NCBI RefSeq assembly: GCF_028641065.1
Contig: NC_073396.1
Location: forward strand, 10,044,001-10,108,000
Source: Leucoraja erinacea
Lineage: Eukaryota
Length of the DNA: 64,000 nucleotides
Direction of reading: 5' to 3'
This document shows positions 25,145 to 38,150 of this stretch, piece after piece. The first letter of the stretch is position 1; each line of letters begins with the position of its first letter. The translations under genes were made by a program, and so were the position numbers. Under the pieces are notes generated by a model. That model was not told where the DNA came from and searched no databases. It saw nothing but the letters and a program-made list of their open reading frames with translations.

Positions 25145-25735
25145 GAGACACAAGGAACTGCAGATATTGGAATCTTGAATAGAACACAAAATGCTGGAGT
25201 AACTCAGTGGGTCAGGCAGCGTCTGTGGAGGAGATGGGCAGACGACGTTTCAGGCTGGGACTTTACAATGTCTGGCTACTCCCTCCACATATGCTGGGTG
25301 CAAGGAGGAACTGCAGATGCAGGTTTAAACCGAAGATCGACACAAAAAGCTGGCGTAACTGAGGCATCTTTGGAGAGAAGGAATAGGTGACATTTCGGAT
25401 CAGCATCTCTGGAGAACAGGACCTTCTTCAGACTGAGTCAGGGGAAAGGGAAACGAGAGAAAATGACGGTGATATATATTTAGTTATAGAACAAATGAAT
25501 TAAACATTTTGCATATCTTTCATTTATTTGTTCCATATCTCTCTACATCACCGTCCATGTCTCTCATTTCCCTTTACCTTGACTCTCAGTCTGAAGAAGG
25601 GTCTCGATCCAAAACACCACCTATTCCCTTTCCCCAGAGATACCACCTGACCCACTGTGTAACTCAAGATTTTTGTGTCTACCCTCCACAGATGGTGCCT
25701 GAACCACTGAGTTGCTCCAGCACTTTGTGTTGTGC
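25145..25735. repeat. Palindromic cluster of Penelope pseudo-LTR repeats
   Basis: Head-to-head copies: 25420-25500 is the inverse of 25520-25600, and both contain CTGAAGAAGG. Confidence 0.75.
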
Positions 25736-28129
25736 TCCCTGTTGTAACTGATGTGCTGCCATTTTTCAATAGATGGCACCCTTGGTTCAAAAGAGTGCTA
25801 TAACCTGTGTTCGCGTCCTTTAAATAAACATTCACCAACGAAAAAGGTTGTTCTGTTTCAATAAACTGCGCTTCTACTTAATCTTATAAAAGCTTTTAAT
25901 AACTGACTTTCTGAAGCAATATTATTTCCAAATTTCCCTACTGATCAATTTTAACTCTTGAAAACTGAATAACTTTAGCCAGTGGAGAGCTATCAGTTGT
26001 TTGATATAAAAAGATACCTAAGTAGAATTAAATACTTATAGTATTTTAATGGAGCCATTAATCTATTCATTTTAAGCAGGCAAGCACCTTTATTAAATCT
26101 GGAATAATTCTTAGCATCAGAATTGGATTTCATTTATTTTTAGACTGATAAAACATCACTGCGTTCAACACCAAATAGGCTCCAGTAAAAAAGATTGCAC
26201 AATTGATCAAAAGAGATTTGCAACAACATTTGGTGTGAATTACATCTATAAATAAAATGTTATAACAAGACCTAAGCTGATCCAAACCAGGCTTTATTGA
26301 ATACACAGTTGTCCAGCAATCACAGAAGGGCTTGCAGCCTTAAATTCCCCATGGCAACCAGATTGCAGCATCAATAATTATACTGACACTAACATAACTA
26401 CACTCATACAAACTGTTAATCATACAAGTCGTTACTCCACCCATACCTCCAAACACATCATTTTCCCCACTCCACCCCTCTCCTTAACTCACCATCAATA
26501 TATAATAAACCCTCATTATAATGGACCATGGGGGGGGGGGGGAGAGGGGGGGTTGGTGTACGTTATTGCCGATTGTCCGCTATACCTGGGTAAGGGAGGT
26601 AAATATTAACTAGTTTAACCAAGAAGAAATGCGGTGCTGGAGGGAGGGGTTAAACCAGTAGGAATTCACAGGCTCCTGGTCCCACACGTGGTGCGTCAGG
26701 AATGGGCCCGGTACTTACGCCAGCTTCATGCTGCCCAATCTCTCCGCTCCCATGACCGGAAGCTCCCGCCACATGGCACCAGCTTGTTGAGCAACCTGGA
26801 GGAAGTGGGGGACGGTGCAAAGGGAGCCTGGCATACCATATGGCGTTACCATACGAACAAGGCAAGTGTTGCCAGGTTGATGCAGGTGCAGTGTCGCAAA
26901 AGCTGCCACTGCATCCTACATACCGGGGCCTCGCTTTGTTTCAGCCGCGGCAAACCCATGCCCAATGCAACACTCTTCAAGAGGGTTTTACTGCTCATTC
27001 TCGCCCCGCCGCCAGTTCCACTGCCCGCCAACCGCCACCATGAGTGGACGCCCCTGTCCGCTAAAAAAAACAAAATCCATTTTAAAATGGTCTGTAATAC
27101 CAATTGTAGGCTCTATTACCCCTCCATCCCCACATGAACTTTAAGCCTTTCAGAAGTAAGATGATAAAACGTTTTCTGAAAGTTTGTCGTCTTTTCCATT
27201 CAGGCTAGGAAGTAGGAGGGAAACCTGCATGGGAAGGCATTCCTTGTGAGTTCAGCTTCTCTGCAAACATGTGCAGTGGGGACATCAAGGACCAAAGCAC
27301 CTCACGAGCAGAGGCCGTAAGGACACTGCACGGTAAGAATCCCGGTACAACACTTCACATGCCCTGGTTTGTCCTAACAAAATGCAAGATAGTCCAAAAG
27401 TCTCCAATTAAGTAGATAATAGGAATGTCACAAAATTTTGAGATTTAAAAATCAAGCCTGTAATTTATCCCATCAGATAAAGCATAAAAATAACTTTAAT
27501 TTGATACCTAATTCACTTTCATATCCTCAGTATTATAAAATTCACAATAGTCCCAGCCTGTGAATTGATTTGAGGGCCTCAGCCTGGTGGTCTCATCCCG
27601 AAACGTCACCTATACATATTCTCCATGGATGCCGCCCGACCCGCTGAATTATTCCAACATTTTGTGTCTATCCGTCACAATGGTTCCCGCGGGTATCTTG
27701 TCACCAGTACAAAACAATAACTCTGAATTATTTTGGAGTGTATTAGTGCTTTTAGCTTTGCAATCATTTCATCAAATGAGATGTCTGTTGCATTATATGT
27801 TTCCAATCAATTTGCAAATATAAGAACACATATTTATTTTTTTAATTCACAGCGACAACAATTTGTTCTTTAATATTGTTGCCCACAGCCTCCACAATAT
27901 CATTAACCTTGAAGAGAACGTCCAAATGCTCCCAGTAAATATTAATTGCCTCTTATTAATTGCCTCTTATACATTATAATAGACTATTGCTTCTGTCAAA
28001 CTTTTCGCTATATACCATTTCATCTTGAGCACATTTCTGTAATGTGCTTATATTATTTTAGCTTCAGAAAGCTTCTAAGGCAGATAATTGAGATTGTGGA
28101 TGATCTGTTCTCCCTCTTTAAGTTCTTTA

Positions 28130-28455
28130 AGCACATATGTGACCGTTGTGGCTATTGTGGGAACTGCGATCTCTTCCCCAGTCAGAGCAACAAGTGCCTA
28201 ATAAGGCAGGTGAATGCACAGGGTATGAGATGGTGTGCTCCCTCTGTCATGTATGTCAGGCTTTTTGGTCCCAGAGCACAGACTTGAGGTTCGAAACACC
28301 ATCCTGAATGCTCTTTTTCCATTTTGAGTTGTCCTGTCAGAATTAATGAGGAATGTTGCATTTTTACAAAGGTTTTGAGCATGTCCTTGAATCTTACCTT
28401 TTGTCTACGTGGTAATCTCTTCCCATGGCAGAGTTTAGAATTCAGCTGGTTTTCA
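28130..28455 (-). mobile_element. RTE-type LINE 3' relic
   Basis: KLCHGKRLPRRQKVRFKDMLK-like peptide with a downstream zinc-finger remnant. Confidence 0.6.
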
Positions 28456-28679
28456 GAGTCTAGATCCTAAACTAGTCCGCCCAGAGATGTTGCCACCATT
28501 CTGTTTAGAAATGTTGTTGCAAATTTGTAAGAATCAGCCATTCTTATTTATACTGCCTGGGAATTCTACACATTCTATAAACACTATCGGAGTAATGTCC
28601 GTTTTTTCTGATTGGGGTTAGAACTGAGTATTGCTTACTCCCTTACTTACACACAGAGCATCAAGAAGAACTAAATGGT

Positions 28680-28978
28680 GTTTAGTTTAGAAATACAGCA
28701 TGGAAACAGACCCTTCGACCCTCAGCAACCATAGATCACCTGTTCACACTAGTTCTATATTATCTCACTTTCTTATCCACTCGCTACACACAATGGGCAA
28801 TTTTACAGATCTTATTTAAGCTACAAACTCACAAGTCTTTGGGATATGGGAGGAATCCGGAGAACCCAGTGGAAACCCATGAGGTCACGGGGAGAACGTG
28901 CAAACTCCACTCTGACAACACCCGAGGTCAGGATCAAACCCGGGTCTCTGGCATTGTGGGATAGCAGCTCTACCAGCA
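28680..28978 (-). mobile_element. tRNA-derived V-core SINE
   Basis: Family head, core and tail. Confidence 0.8.
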
Positions 28979-31454
28979 AACTGTTAACAATGAAAGTCTG
29001 CAAATAACAATAATATATGAGAGCTGCAAATATATGAAGCTGCAGATAACAACATTATGAGGGAGAACCACGATCTCTTAATGTAATATCTACCTATGCT
29101 TAGCCTTTAGTTTTCCTTTGCAGCTAAAAGCCAGTTTATAGGACCTGCAGGAAAGATGGGGAAAGTGACAAAGGAGGAGTAATAGACATTGATTGAAACA
29201 TAGGAAATAGGTTCAGGAGTAGGCCATACGGCCTTTCGAGCCGAATGTTTGTGATTTTTCACAGAGACGGGGAAAGCCAGAATCATTGTGATTTAAAGAT
29301 TAAATCAAATTATTCATAAATGTGGATATGAGGTAAACTGGCATTGAAGACGAGGAGCAGAATAAAGAAATGTAAAGCATTTTCTGGTCGGCACTTTCCC
29401 CGAGTCCCTGTGCCACTGTGAATTGATAGAATGTATAAATGCAACAAATCTGATAATGACATAGCAAAGCAAAATTCCTCAAATGAAGGATTTAAACTTT
29501 CATACAGATTGGAATAATCAAACTGGATTATGTATAAAAGATAATGAATTTTTAATATTTCCCTTGAAGAATATATTTTAGAGAATCCGAAGAAATATTC
29601 TATATTTAAGTTGGTAAATAGATAAATGAGGTTAACAGTATAATGATGAAAGAATATTAATTTAATGGGAATTAAAGTACGATTGAACTCAATGTACATT
29701 TTAAAAGGAGGATTTCAAAACTGTTCTGAAGATTCTTGTTTTGGTAAGGTTGACTTTCATGTTTCAAAACATAAACTCGTACACCATAAACTGGGCAAAC
29801 CTATGAACGGATCAATTGACAGTAAAGCTGTGATGTTTAAACCAAGTTACACCAGAGTTCTAGTTGCTGGAAGATGAACTATCGATGTATGTGGAGATAA
29901 GGGACATCATAAATCTGAAAGATGAAGAATAAAGAGGACCAAGCCTTTTACAAATCCTGGTAACCAATACAAGGAGCTGTAAAATCAATTGACGAAATGG
30001 CCCCAGCCAGAATCTTGGTGATTTAATATTTCACCTAATAATTACCAAAGCGCTATTTCTCAGAACCACACATCAATATATATATTTGATAAGTGACTAG
30101 ATTTTCTACTGAGCCATAGCCAACACCTAAGGCACAGGTATCCACCCTTCACATTCTTCTTGTTATTCAAACTGTTTCTGAATATAACTTGTAGGAAGGA
30201 ACTTCCCTACTCAATTGTCATTTAATATATATATCTATATATATATTTTACTGACTTCAGTGAACATTCCATAGTAGTAGTAAGAGTGAAAGATAGTGTT
30301 CGAAGTGCTACCTTGTGAATGGAATATTAATCAAGCTCTGTATGCCTACTCAAATATATTTTTTAAACATGTCCTTATAGAGCAGGAAAGTTATCTTTGC
30401 CAGCAATTATGTCTCAATCACATGAATAAATCAATTAATTTGTAACATTTAAGAAAGAACTGGAGATGCTGGAAAAATCGAAGGTAGACAAAAATGCTGG
30501 AGAAACTCAGCGAGTGAGGCAGCATTTATGGAGCGAAGGAAATAGGTGAAGTTTTGTAACATTCACCTGAATGAATTCTTGCAAAGTACTAATTTTCCAC
30601 TCCACCCTCTGATATGATGAACAAGACATTGCTATGTAGATGGACAGGAAAAAATTAGAGATGTCCTGAGGAACTGAAAGGCATGAAATGATTGTAAATT
30701 ATCTTTATACTTTTAAAACTCTGATCTTGGATGTGGATGTCCCAAAACATAATCTATCCATATTCCCTAGAGATGTTGTCTGACCTGCTGAGTTACTTCA
30801 ATACTTTGTGTCTCTCTTTGTAAGTCAGCGTCTGTATTTCCTTGTTTCTACATTTCCGACATTGTTGGTGCTCTCTCCGATCAGCTGATGTTATGCAGTC
30901 AAGTATTATTCCTCTGTCCCTATACCTGCGCAGTTGTGAATGAAATGTTGGTCATAATTTAGATGACTTCCGCTTGCTCTTACAGCTTGTGTTGACTTAG
31001 TTTACATGCATTGTGCATCCTCAATAACAATTTGGAGGCATCTAAAAGGAAACTAGAATCTGATTCTTGCAACAGCAATAAATTGATATTGCAGCTATGT
31101 CCACTTTTCTGGATGGGTCTATATTTGCATTGAATGTGAATGAACAATTGTAGAGTCAATGTTTATTGTCTATTGATTATTTGAAATGAGAAAAACAAGT
31201 GAATTTAATCTCAGTTCAATTACAAAATCCACAGGAAGAATCCACAATTGTTACTGAGGTTGTTCGACAGGGTAGCAATAGACTAGAGATTTTTGGGGAG
31301 CAAGATTACTGATATACTAAGAAAGTTTTCAGCCTCAAAATGTTGCGGTGAATTATGAGGACCACTTTACAGGGAACACTTACGGTGAGCAACTACCGGT
31401 CACAGGTAGGTGAGCCCACTCTAATATGCAACCTAATGTAGTCAAGTAGGGTAA

Positions 31455-34005
31455 AATAATCCAGAAGATTAAGATGCATGGGATTCACAGTGACTTGGTC
31501 CTATGGATTCAGAATTTGTTTAGTCATAGAGTGATGCAGCATGGAAACAGGCCCTTCAGCCCAACGCCCACACTGCCCAACATGTCATAGCTACACTAGT
31601 CCCACCTGCCTGCGTTTGGTCCATATCCCTTCAAACCTGTTCTATCTATTACTTGTCTAACTGTTTCGTAAACGTTGGGATAGTCGCAGCCTCAACTACC
31701 TCTGCTGGCAGCTTGTTCCATACACCCACCACCATTTGTCTGGAAAAAGTTACCTCTCAGATTCCTGCTAATTTTCCCCTTCACCTTAAACCTATGCCTT
31801 CTGGTGCTCGATTCACCTACTCTGGGCAAGAGACTCTGTGCATCTACCCAATCTATCCCTCTCATGATTTTATACACCTCTATAAGATCACCCCTCATCC
31901 TCCTGCATTCCAGGGAATAGTGTTCCAGCCAACTCAACCTCTTCCTATAGCTCAGATACTCTAGTCCTGCCAACATCCTCATATCTACTCGCAGAAGATA
32001 GATGGTTGTGGTGGAAAGCCATTATTCAGGCTGGAGATTTGTGACTAGTTGAGTTCAGCAGGAATTTGTGCTGTGCTGGTTATTTGTGATGTCTATAAAT
32101 GACTTGCACATTAACTAACTTGGGTTAGTTAGGTAGTAAGTTTGCAGATGACACCAAATATCTGGAGTTGTGGGCAGTGAGGAACGTGTCAAGTGTGAAG
32201 GAAATGTAGATGCTAGTTTACACCGAAGATAGACACAAAATGCTGGAGTAACTCAGTGGAACAGGCAGCGTCTCTGGAGCGAAGGAATGGTGTGGAATCA
32301 CCACAGAGATGAATGCTGTGGTGGATGTTTATGTTACATGTTGTGTCCTGTTTATCCATTTTATTATTTTGTTAACCCATCTTTATGCTTTGTATGGAAC
32401 TGATTTTTAAATTATGTAAAGCACTTTGGGGTCAATGAAAATTGACTATAAATGTGCTATATAAATAAACTTATTATTTTTATTATTATTATTATTATTA
32501 TAATGGGTAACATTTTGGGTCTGAAGAAGGGTCTCGACCTGAAGCGTCACCCATTCCTTGTCTCCAGAGATGCTGCCTGACCTGCTGAGTTTCTCCAGCA
32601 TTTTGTTTCTACCTCTGAGGTATGATTGAATTGAGTTGAATTGAATACTTTATTATCACATGTGACAAGTTACAATTAAATTATTTGCTAGCTTACCCAA
32701 GGTATGCAAATACTCACCACATAAAGGGTGCTGACAAAGCTACAGAGTATCCCACGCCATGTCCTCCATTGTTCCCCCCCTCGCCTCATGGTGGTTCCCA
32801 CATGCCGGGTCCACCTTTGTTCTTCCCCCCCCTTCCATCCCCCACGCCGGGTTCTCCTTTGTCAAAGTACATAAAGGGATATCAACTACAGAAGTGGGCA
32901 GAGAAATGGCAGATGGAGTATAATCCGACCAGGTATGCGGTGTTGCGCTTTGTGAGGTCAAATATAACGGGAAAGTATATGGTTGATGACAAGACACTTA
33001 ACAGCATTGATAAGCAGAGGGACCCTGTGGTCCAGGTCTATAACTCCCTGTAAGTGGCAATACAAGTAGATAGAGTGGCAAAGAAAATGTACGGTATATT
33101 TGCTTTCAATGGTCTGGGCACTGAGTGTACGAGTCAAGCAGTAGGTCACAGTGGTGCAGCGGCAGAGTTGCAGCCTTACAGCGAATGCAGCGCCCGAGAC
33201 CCGGGTTCGATCCCGACTACGGGTGCTGTCTGTAAGGAGTTAGTATGTTCTCCCCGTGACCTGTGTGGGTTTTCTCAGAGATCTTCGGTTTCCTCCCACA
33301 CTCTAAAGACGTACAGGTTTGGAGGTTAATTGGCTTGGTAAATATAAAAATTGGAAAGTGTTAATGTGTGGGGATCGCTGGTCGGTGTGGACCCGGTGGG
33401 CCGAAGGGCCTGTTTCCGCTCTGTATCTCTAAACTAAACTAAAGTCATAATGCGGCTCTCTGGTTGTGCTGCATTTGGAGTATTATATGCAGTTCTTGTC
33501 GCCCCATTACAGGAAGGATGTGTGGGCTTTGAGGTGGGTGCAGAATGCCGCTTGGATTGGGAGTAATTACTTACAAGGGGAGGATGGACAAATTTGGATT
33601 GTTTTCTCTAGAACACTGGATGTTGAGGGGACACCTAATAGAAGTATATACAATTATGAGAGGTATTATGAGGGTATAAAGTCAGACCCTTTTCCCCAGG
33701 GTGGAAATGTCAAAGACAAGAGAGTATAGCGTTCAGGTCAGAGGGTCAAAGTTTAAAGATATGTGTGGTGTTTTGTTTTACACAGAAGGTTGTGGACATG
33801 TTGAGTGCTCTGTCGGGGCTGGTGGAGGCCGATGCGATGGTGGCATTCGGAGGCTTTGAGATAGGCATATCGATATGCATGGGATGGAGGGACATGGATC
33901 AACTGCAGGCAGATCAGATTAGTTTACCTTGGCATTATGTTCAGCACTAACATTGCGGGCTGAAGAGCCTGTTCCTGCGCTGTGCTGTTCTAGGTTCTAT
34001 GTTCT
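31455..34005 (+). mobile_element. CR1 ORF2 relic fragmented by several nested insertions
   Basis: KFADDTK at ~32140, QKWAEKWQMEYN at ~32890 and the 3' tail at ~33960. Inserts: inverted CR1 31525-31980, Penelope repeat 32200-32610, L2-tailed piece 32290-32500, G-rich element 32625-32870, SINE 33143-33442. Confidence 0.8.
33143..33442 (+). mobile_element. Young tRNA-derived V-core SINE
   Basis: Near-consensus head ccgggttcgatcccgact and tail gggccgaagggcctgtttccgctctgtatctct(aaact)n. Confidence 0.9.
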
Positions 34006-35884
34006 ATAAGTAAAATACTTTAAAAGATTCAATCAATCTTCCAACCTGAGACGTCGCCGATCGTGTTCTCCAGGGATGCTGCCTGCTCTGCTGAGTTACT
34101 CTAGCACTTTGTGTCTTAAAACAAGCGTATAACTATTAATTGATATAAACCCATCTGAAGCACAACCATAGTCCTACCTCTGCCTGCGCTTGTAAATTAG
34201 TGGTTGATTTCATTAGTTACTATTCCTGGGTCAATGAATCGTCACCTCAGGGAAATTTCTTCATTCTCTTCAATGTTCAGTTATTATCATCCGAAGGTGT
34301 CTTGATGGAGCTAGTTCTTAACTGTTTTAGGCTTAATAACATACTTAACAGTAGACAAATGAATTTTCAAGCAACATCATTGTTATTAGCATTTCTAAGA
34401 GATGACTGAACAGGCTCACATTTTCTGGTGAAATAACCTTCAGCTGTCGTCCTTATTTGGGATTCTTGTTAACAGATTGAGCACAAGCAGAGCTGACAAT
34501 CCAAGCATTGCAGGCCCTGATTAAAACACTACTTTGAAGAATTAACCATGAATCTGTCAACGAAGGCACAAGGAACTGCAGATGCTGGAGTCTTGAGAAG
34601 AACACAGTGTGCTGGAGTAACTTAACAGGTCAGGCAGCGAAGATAGACACAAAAAGTTGTGGTAACTCAGCGAGAAGAGAAGGAATGGGTGATGTTTTGG
34701 GTGGAGACCCTTCTATCTGTGAACGGAATGGATGGGCGCTGTTCCACGTTGGGACCACTCTATGACTCAGTTAAACATGTCTATATTTCATTCCTTATTC
34801 TAGAAAAAATTGCCTTCTATTTTCCATTCTGATTAATGTTAAAGTTCTTTAGGTCACCCAAGGGGCGCGCAAATCACATGCTTTAATTTGCAGAGCAGAC
34901 GACCAAAGAGCACTAATTTGGTGACTGCATCTAGTGGTGCATCATCAGTGTTTCGAGAGGATCAACTGTTGGTTCGCAGTAAAGATTCTTTGCTGAGCTA
35001 CTTTATAAGATCACCAACTATTTTCACTTTCATTACTGATTAATCTTTACAGAAACTTGATCAGAAATACGGAATACAGATCAGACAACATCTGTGCTAA
35101 GAACAAAAGCATTAACATTATATGTCAATGACTTTTCATCAGCTCTGCATCTTAGTTCTGATGAAAGATCAATGGCCAAGAATATTAACTCTATTTCTCC
35201 AGAGATGTGGCCTAATCTCATTGGTGACCCTCAGACTATCTTTGATCAGACTTTACTGGCTTTACCTTGCATCAAACGTTATTCCCTTATCATGTATCTA
35301 TACACTGTGAATAGTCGATTGTTATCATGTATTCTCTTTCCGCTGACTGGTTAGCATGCAACAAAACCTTTTCACTGTACCTCAATACAAATGACAATAA
35401 ACTAAACTGAACTGAACTGATCTGCTGATTTATTCCAGCATTTTCTGTTTTCTTCACTACACATTTCTAGTATCCACTGCATATTTTTTTCTCCTTAGGT
35501 AGTATATGGTTCTTCAAAGCTTCTTTAGAGCTTATAAATCTCACAGAAAAAGATGTACCAGGGGTTTAAGGAATTTACGATGGCTTCAAGTCCTTTGCGA
35601 CAACTAGTTAGTCACAAACACAAGTAATCATTTATCTTGAAGACTAGGGAGAATCTTTCAAATGATGAAAGGGAAATTGGTAAGATCACATTCTCTTGAT
35701 TGTGATAGCAACGGCAGAGATCAAAGAGAATGAAAGGATACGTAATAATTGTTAATAATATCCAACATAGAGAGGGTAAAACTTCCCTTGGTGTCATTCT
35801 TCTGCGTTTCTTTGCTTGTCTCTGTCCTCCTGTGCATCGTTTAGAATAGAATTTCTGATCTACATGCATATGTAAAATATATAG

Positions 35885-36620
35885 TCATAGTCATATACAG
35901 CATGGAAGTCGACCCAACTTGCACACACCGACCAACATGCCCCTCTACACTAGTTCCACCAGCCTGCGTCTGGCCCATATCCCTCCAAATCTGTCCTATC
36001 CATGTACCTGTCTAATTGTTTCTTAAACACTGCCTCGGCTACATCCACTGGCAGCTCGTTCCATACATCCACCACCCTTTGTGTGAAAAAGTTATCCCTC
36101 AGATTCAAATTTATCTTTCGCCCTTCGCCGTAAACCTATGGCCTCTGGTTCTCCTACTCTGTGGCGAAAGGCTCTATTTCTCTCATGATTTTACACACCT
36201 CTATAACATCAACCTCATTCTCCTGCACTCCAAGGAGTCCCAGCCTGCTCAATCTCTCCCTATAGCTCAGACCTTCGAGTCCTGGCAACATCCTCGTGAA
36301 TCTTTTCTTTACCCGTTCCAACTTGACAACATGGGAGTTGGAAGTGGGAGAGATAACTGAGGGACATTTATATATTGGATTATCTATGGGCTGTGGACAA
36401 TTTACTCCAATTGTGAGCATTGCCATCTTTCATTTCTATTCTTGTAGATTCTGCCTGTTTCTCTGTGTTAACGCTGTCTCTTTTTTTCCTACCACATCCA
36501 TGCGATCTCTAATTAGACTAGCTACGTGACTCCTTTCTCTTTTGCCATCATTTCCACTGTATATCCTGAAACATTTTAGGTCAATTCTGTTTTTTGTTAA
36601 TCCTAAAACAAAATAATTTT
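35885..36620 (-). mobile_element. CR1 3' fragment (35885-36330) adjoining an older CR1 endonuclease relic
   Basis: LERVKKRFTRMLPGLEGLSYRERLSRLGL peptide; degraded CFR...KR..GV..LIRD motif at ~36500-36580. Confidence 0.7.
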
Positions 36621-36981
36621 AATCGAAAATGTTTTAGTTAATTCTACCGTATTTACTCCTCACTGTGAATTATCTCCTGTTCCCTTCATTTTGCAAGCAG
36701 TACACATCACTTTACACTTCTATTTGTATTTATTAGTTGTTCCAGTCTCTTTATTTGTCCGTTATTTTTGCTTATGTTCTATTAATCTTTCTGTTTCCTG
36801 ATAACTAGCATTATTTTTATTCTTTAGCTTCACTCTCCTCTCATACTTTTTTATCTTCAGTGTTGTATTGCTTTCACTATCTTATTAATTTAAAATCTTA
36901 TCTTGTTTCCTTTATATCCTTTCCGCCGCAATGCTGGTTCATTTTGGATGAGGCCATTTCAGGGTGCAAATTTTTTTTCAA

Positions 36982-37737
36982 TTCAGAATCAGAATCAGAA
37001 TCACACTTTATTCGCCAAGTATGTTTTGCAACATACGAGGAATTTCATTGGCCAGGTCAGTCATACAATTAAAAGCAACAGATCACACGAAAACACATTT
37101 TAACATGAACATCCACCACAGTGACTCCTACACATTCCTCACTGTGATGGAAGGCGAAATAAAGTTCAAGTCATTCCCTTAGTTCTTCCTCGGTCATGGG
37201 CCTCGAGCCCCCGTTGACGGGATGGTCTTGACTCCCGTAGCCAGCGGCGTTCGGGCCTTCTGCGTCGAGGCAACAGCTCCCGCATCAGGGGGATGTTAGC
37301 TCCCTCGCGTCGGGCGATTGAACCTCGCGTCGGGGCTGGTCAAACCTTCCACAACGTTGGAGCATCCCGACTAGCCTCTCCCGACTACGAGCTTGATGGT
37401 AAAGTCTGCGTTGGCTACGGAGGGAGCGATCCCCGGCAAGGAATCAGCTCTGATGTTAAGTCCGCACCCCGTAATAGGGCTCAAAGTCAGTCCGAGGAGG
37501 CTTCCAGCTCCATCGATGGAAGGCCGCAGAGTGCCCGGAGAATTTGATCCGAAAATGAATCACATCCCCAGCAAGGTAAGAACTTGAAAAAAAGTTTCCC
37601 CCCGATCCCCTCCCCCCTCCCCCCACATAAAACAAACCAAAGAACATTAAAACAAACTTTTAACACACTATAAATTAACAAGAAGAATGAAAAAACGAAC
37701 AGACTGCCGGCAGAGCAGCCATCACCCCGGCGCCCCT
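36982..37737 (-). mobile_element. GC-rich non-autonomous retroposon with Rex1-type tail
   Basis: GGGCGCC..ATGGCTGC head, T-rich stretch plus G-run, CpG-rich body, tail gaaattcctcgtatgttgcaaaacatacttggcgaataaa(gattct)n. Confidence 0.75.
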
Positions 37738-37809
37738 GATTCCAGTAAATCAAACCACTACATCCGACACAACACTTGCAATCATGCATTCCCGTCATGC
37801 CTATCCCTC

Positions 37810-38150
37810 GTACCCCAGCTACTCCCTCTTCTCCCCTCTCGCATCGGGCAAAAGGTATAGAAGTGTGAACACGCACACCTCCAGATTCTGGGACAGTTTC
37901 TTCCTAGTTATTATCAGGCAACTGAATCATCCTACCACAACTAGAGAGCAGTGGTAGAGTCCTGAACTACTATCTACCTCATTGGTGACCCTTGGACTAA
38001 CTTTAATCGGTCTTTACTGGCTTTACACCTTGCGCTAAACGTGATTCACTTGTCATTTAACTATACACTGTAAATGGCTCGATTGTAATCATGTATTGTC
38101 TTTCAGCTGACATGTTAGCAGGCAACAAAACCTTTTCACTGTACCTCAAT
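37810..38150 (+). mobile_element. Rex1-type LINE 3' end and UTR; related pieces at 3268-3390, 35215-35420 and 40175-40390
   Basis: SGKRYRSV.THTSRFWDSFF..IIRQLN followed by the shared UTR ...gctgac..gttagca.gcaacaaaa..ttttcactgtacctc. Confidence 0.7.

Noticed and set aside
26500-27137. GC-rich block with a 167-aa ORF and a Tigger-like left end
   Set aside because: I found no matching right terminal repeat or protein motif, so I cannot classify it.
33143-33220. tRNA-like sequences at SINE heads
   Set aside because: They continue into the V-core and CR1 tail and do not form a complete cloverleaf, so they are not tRNA genes.
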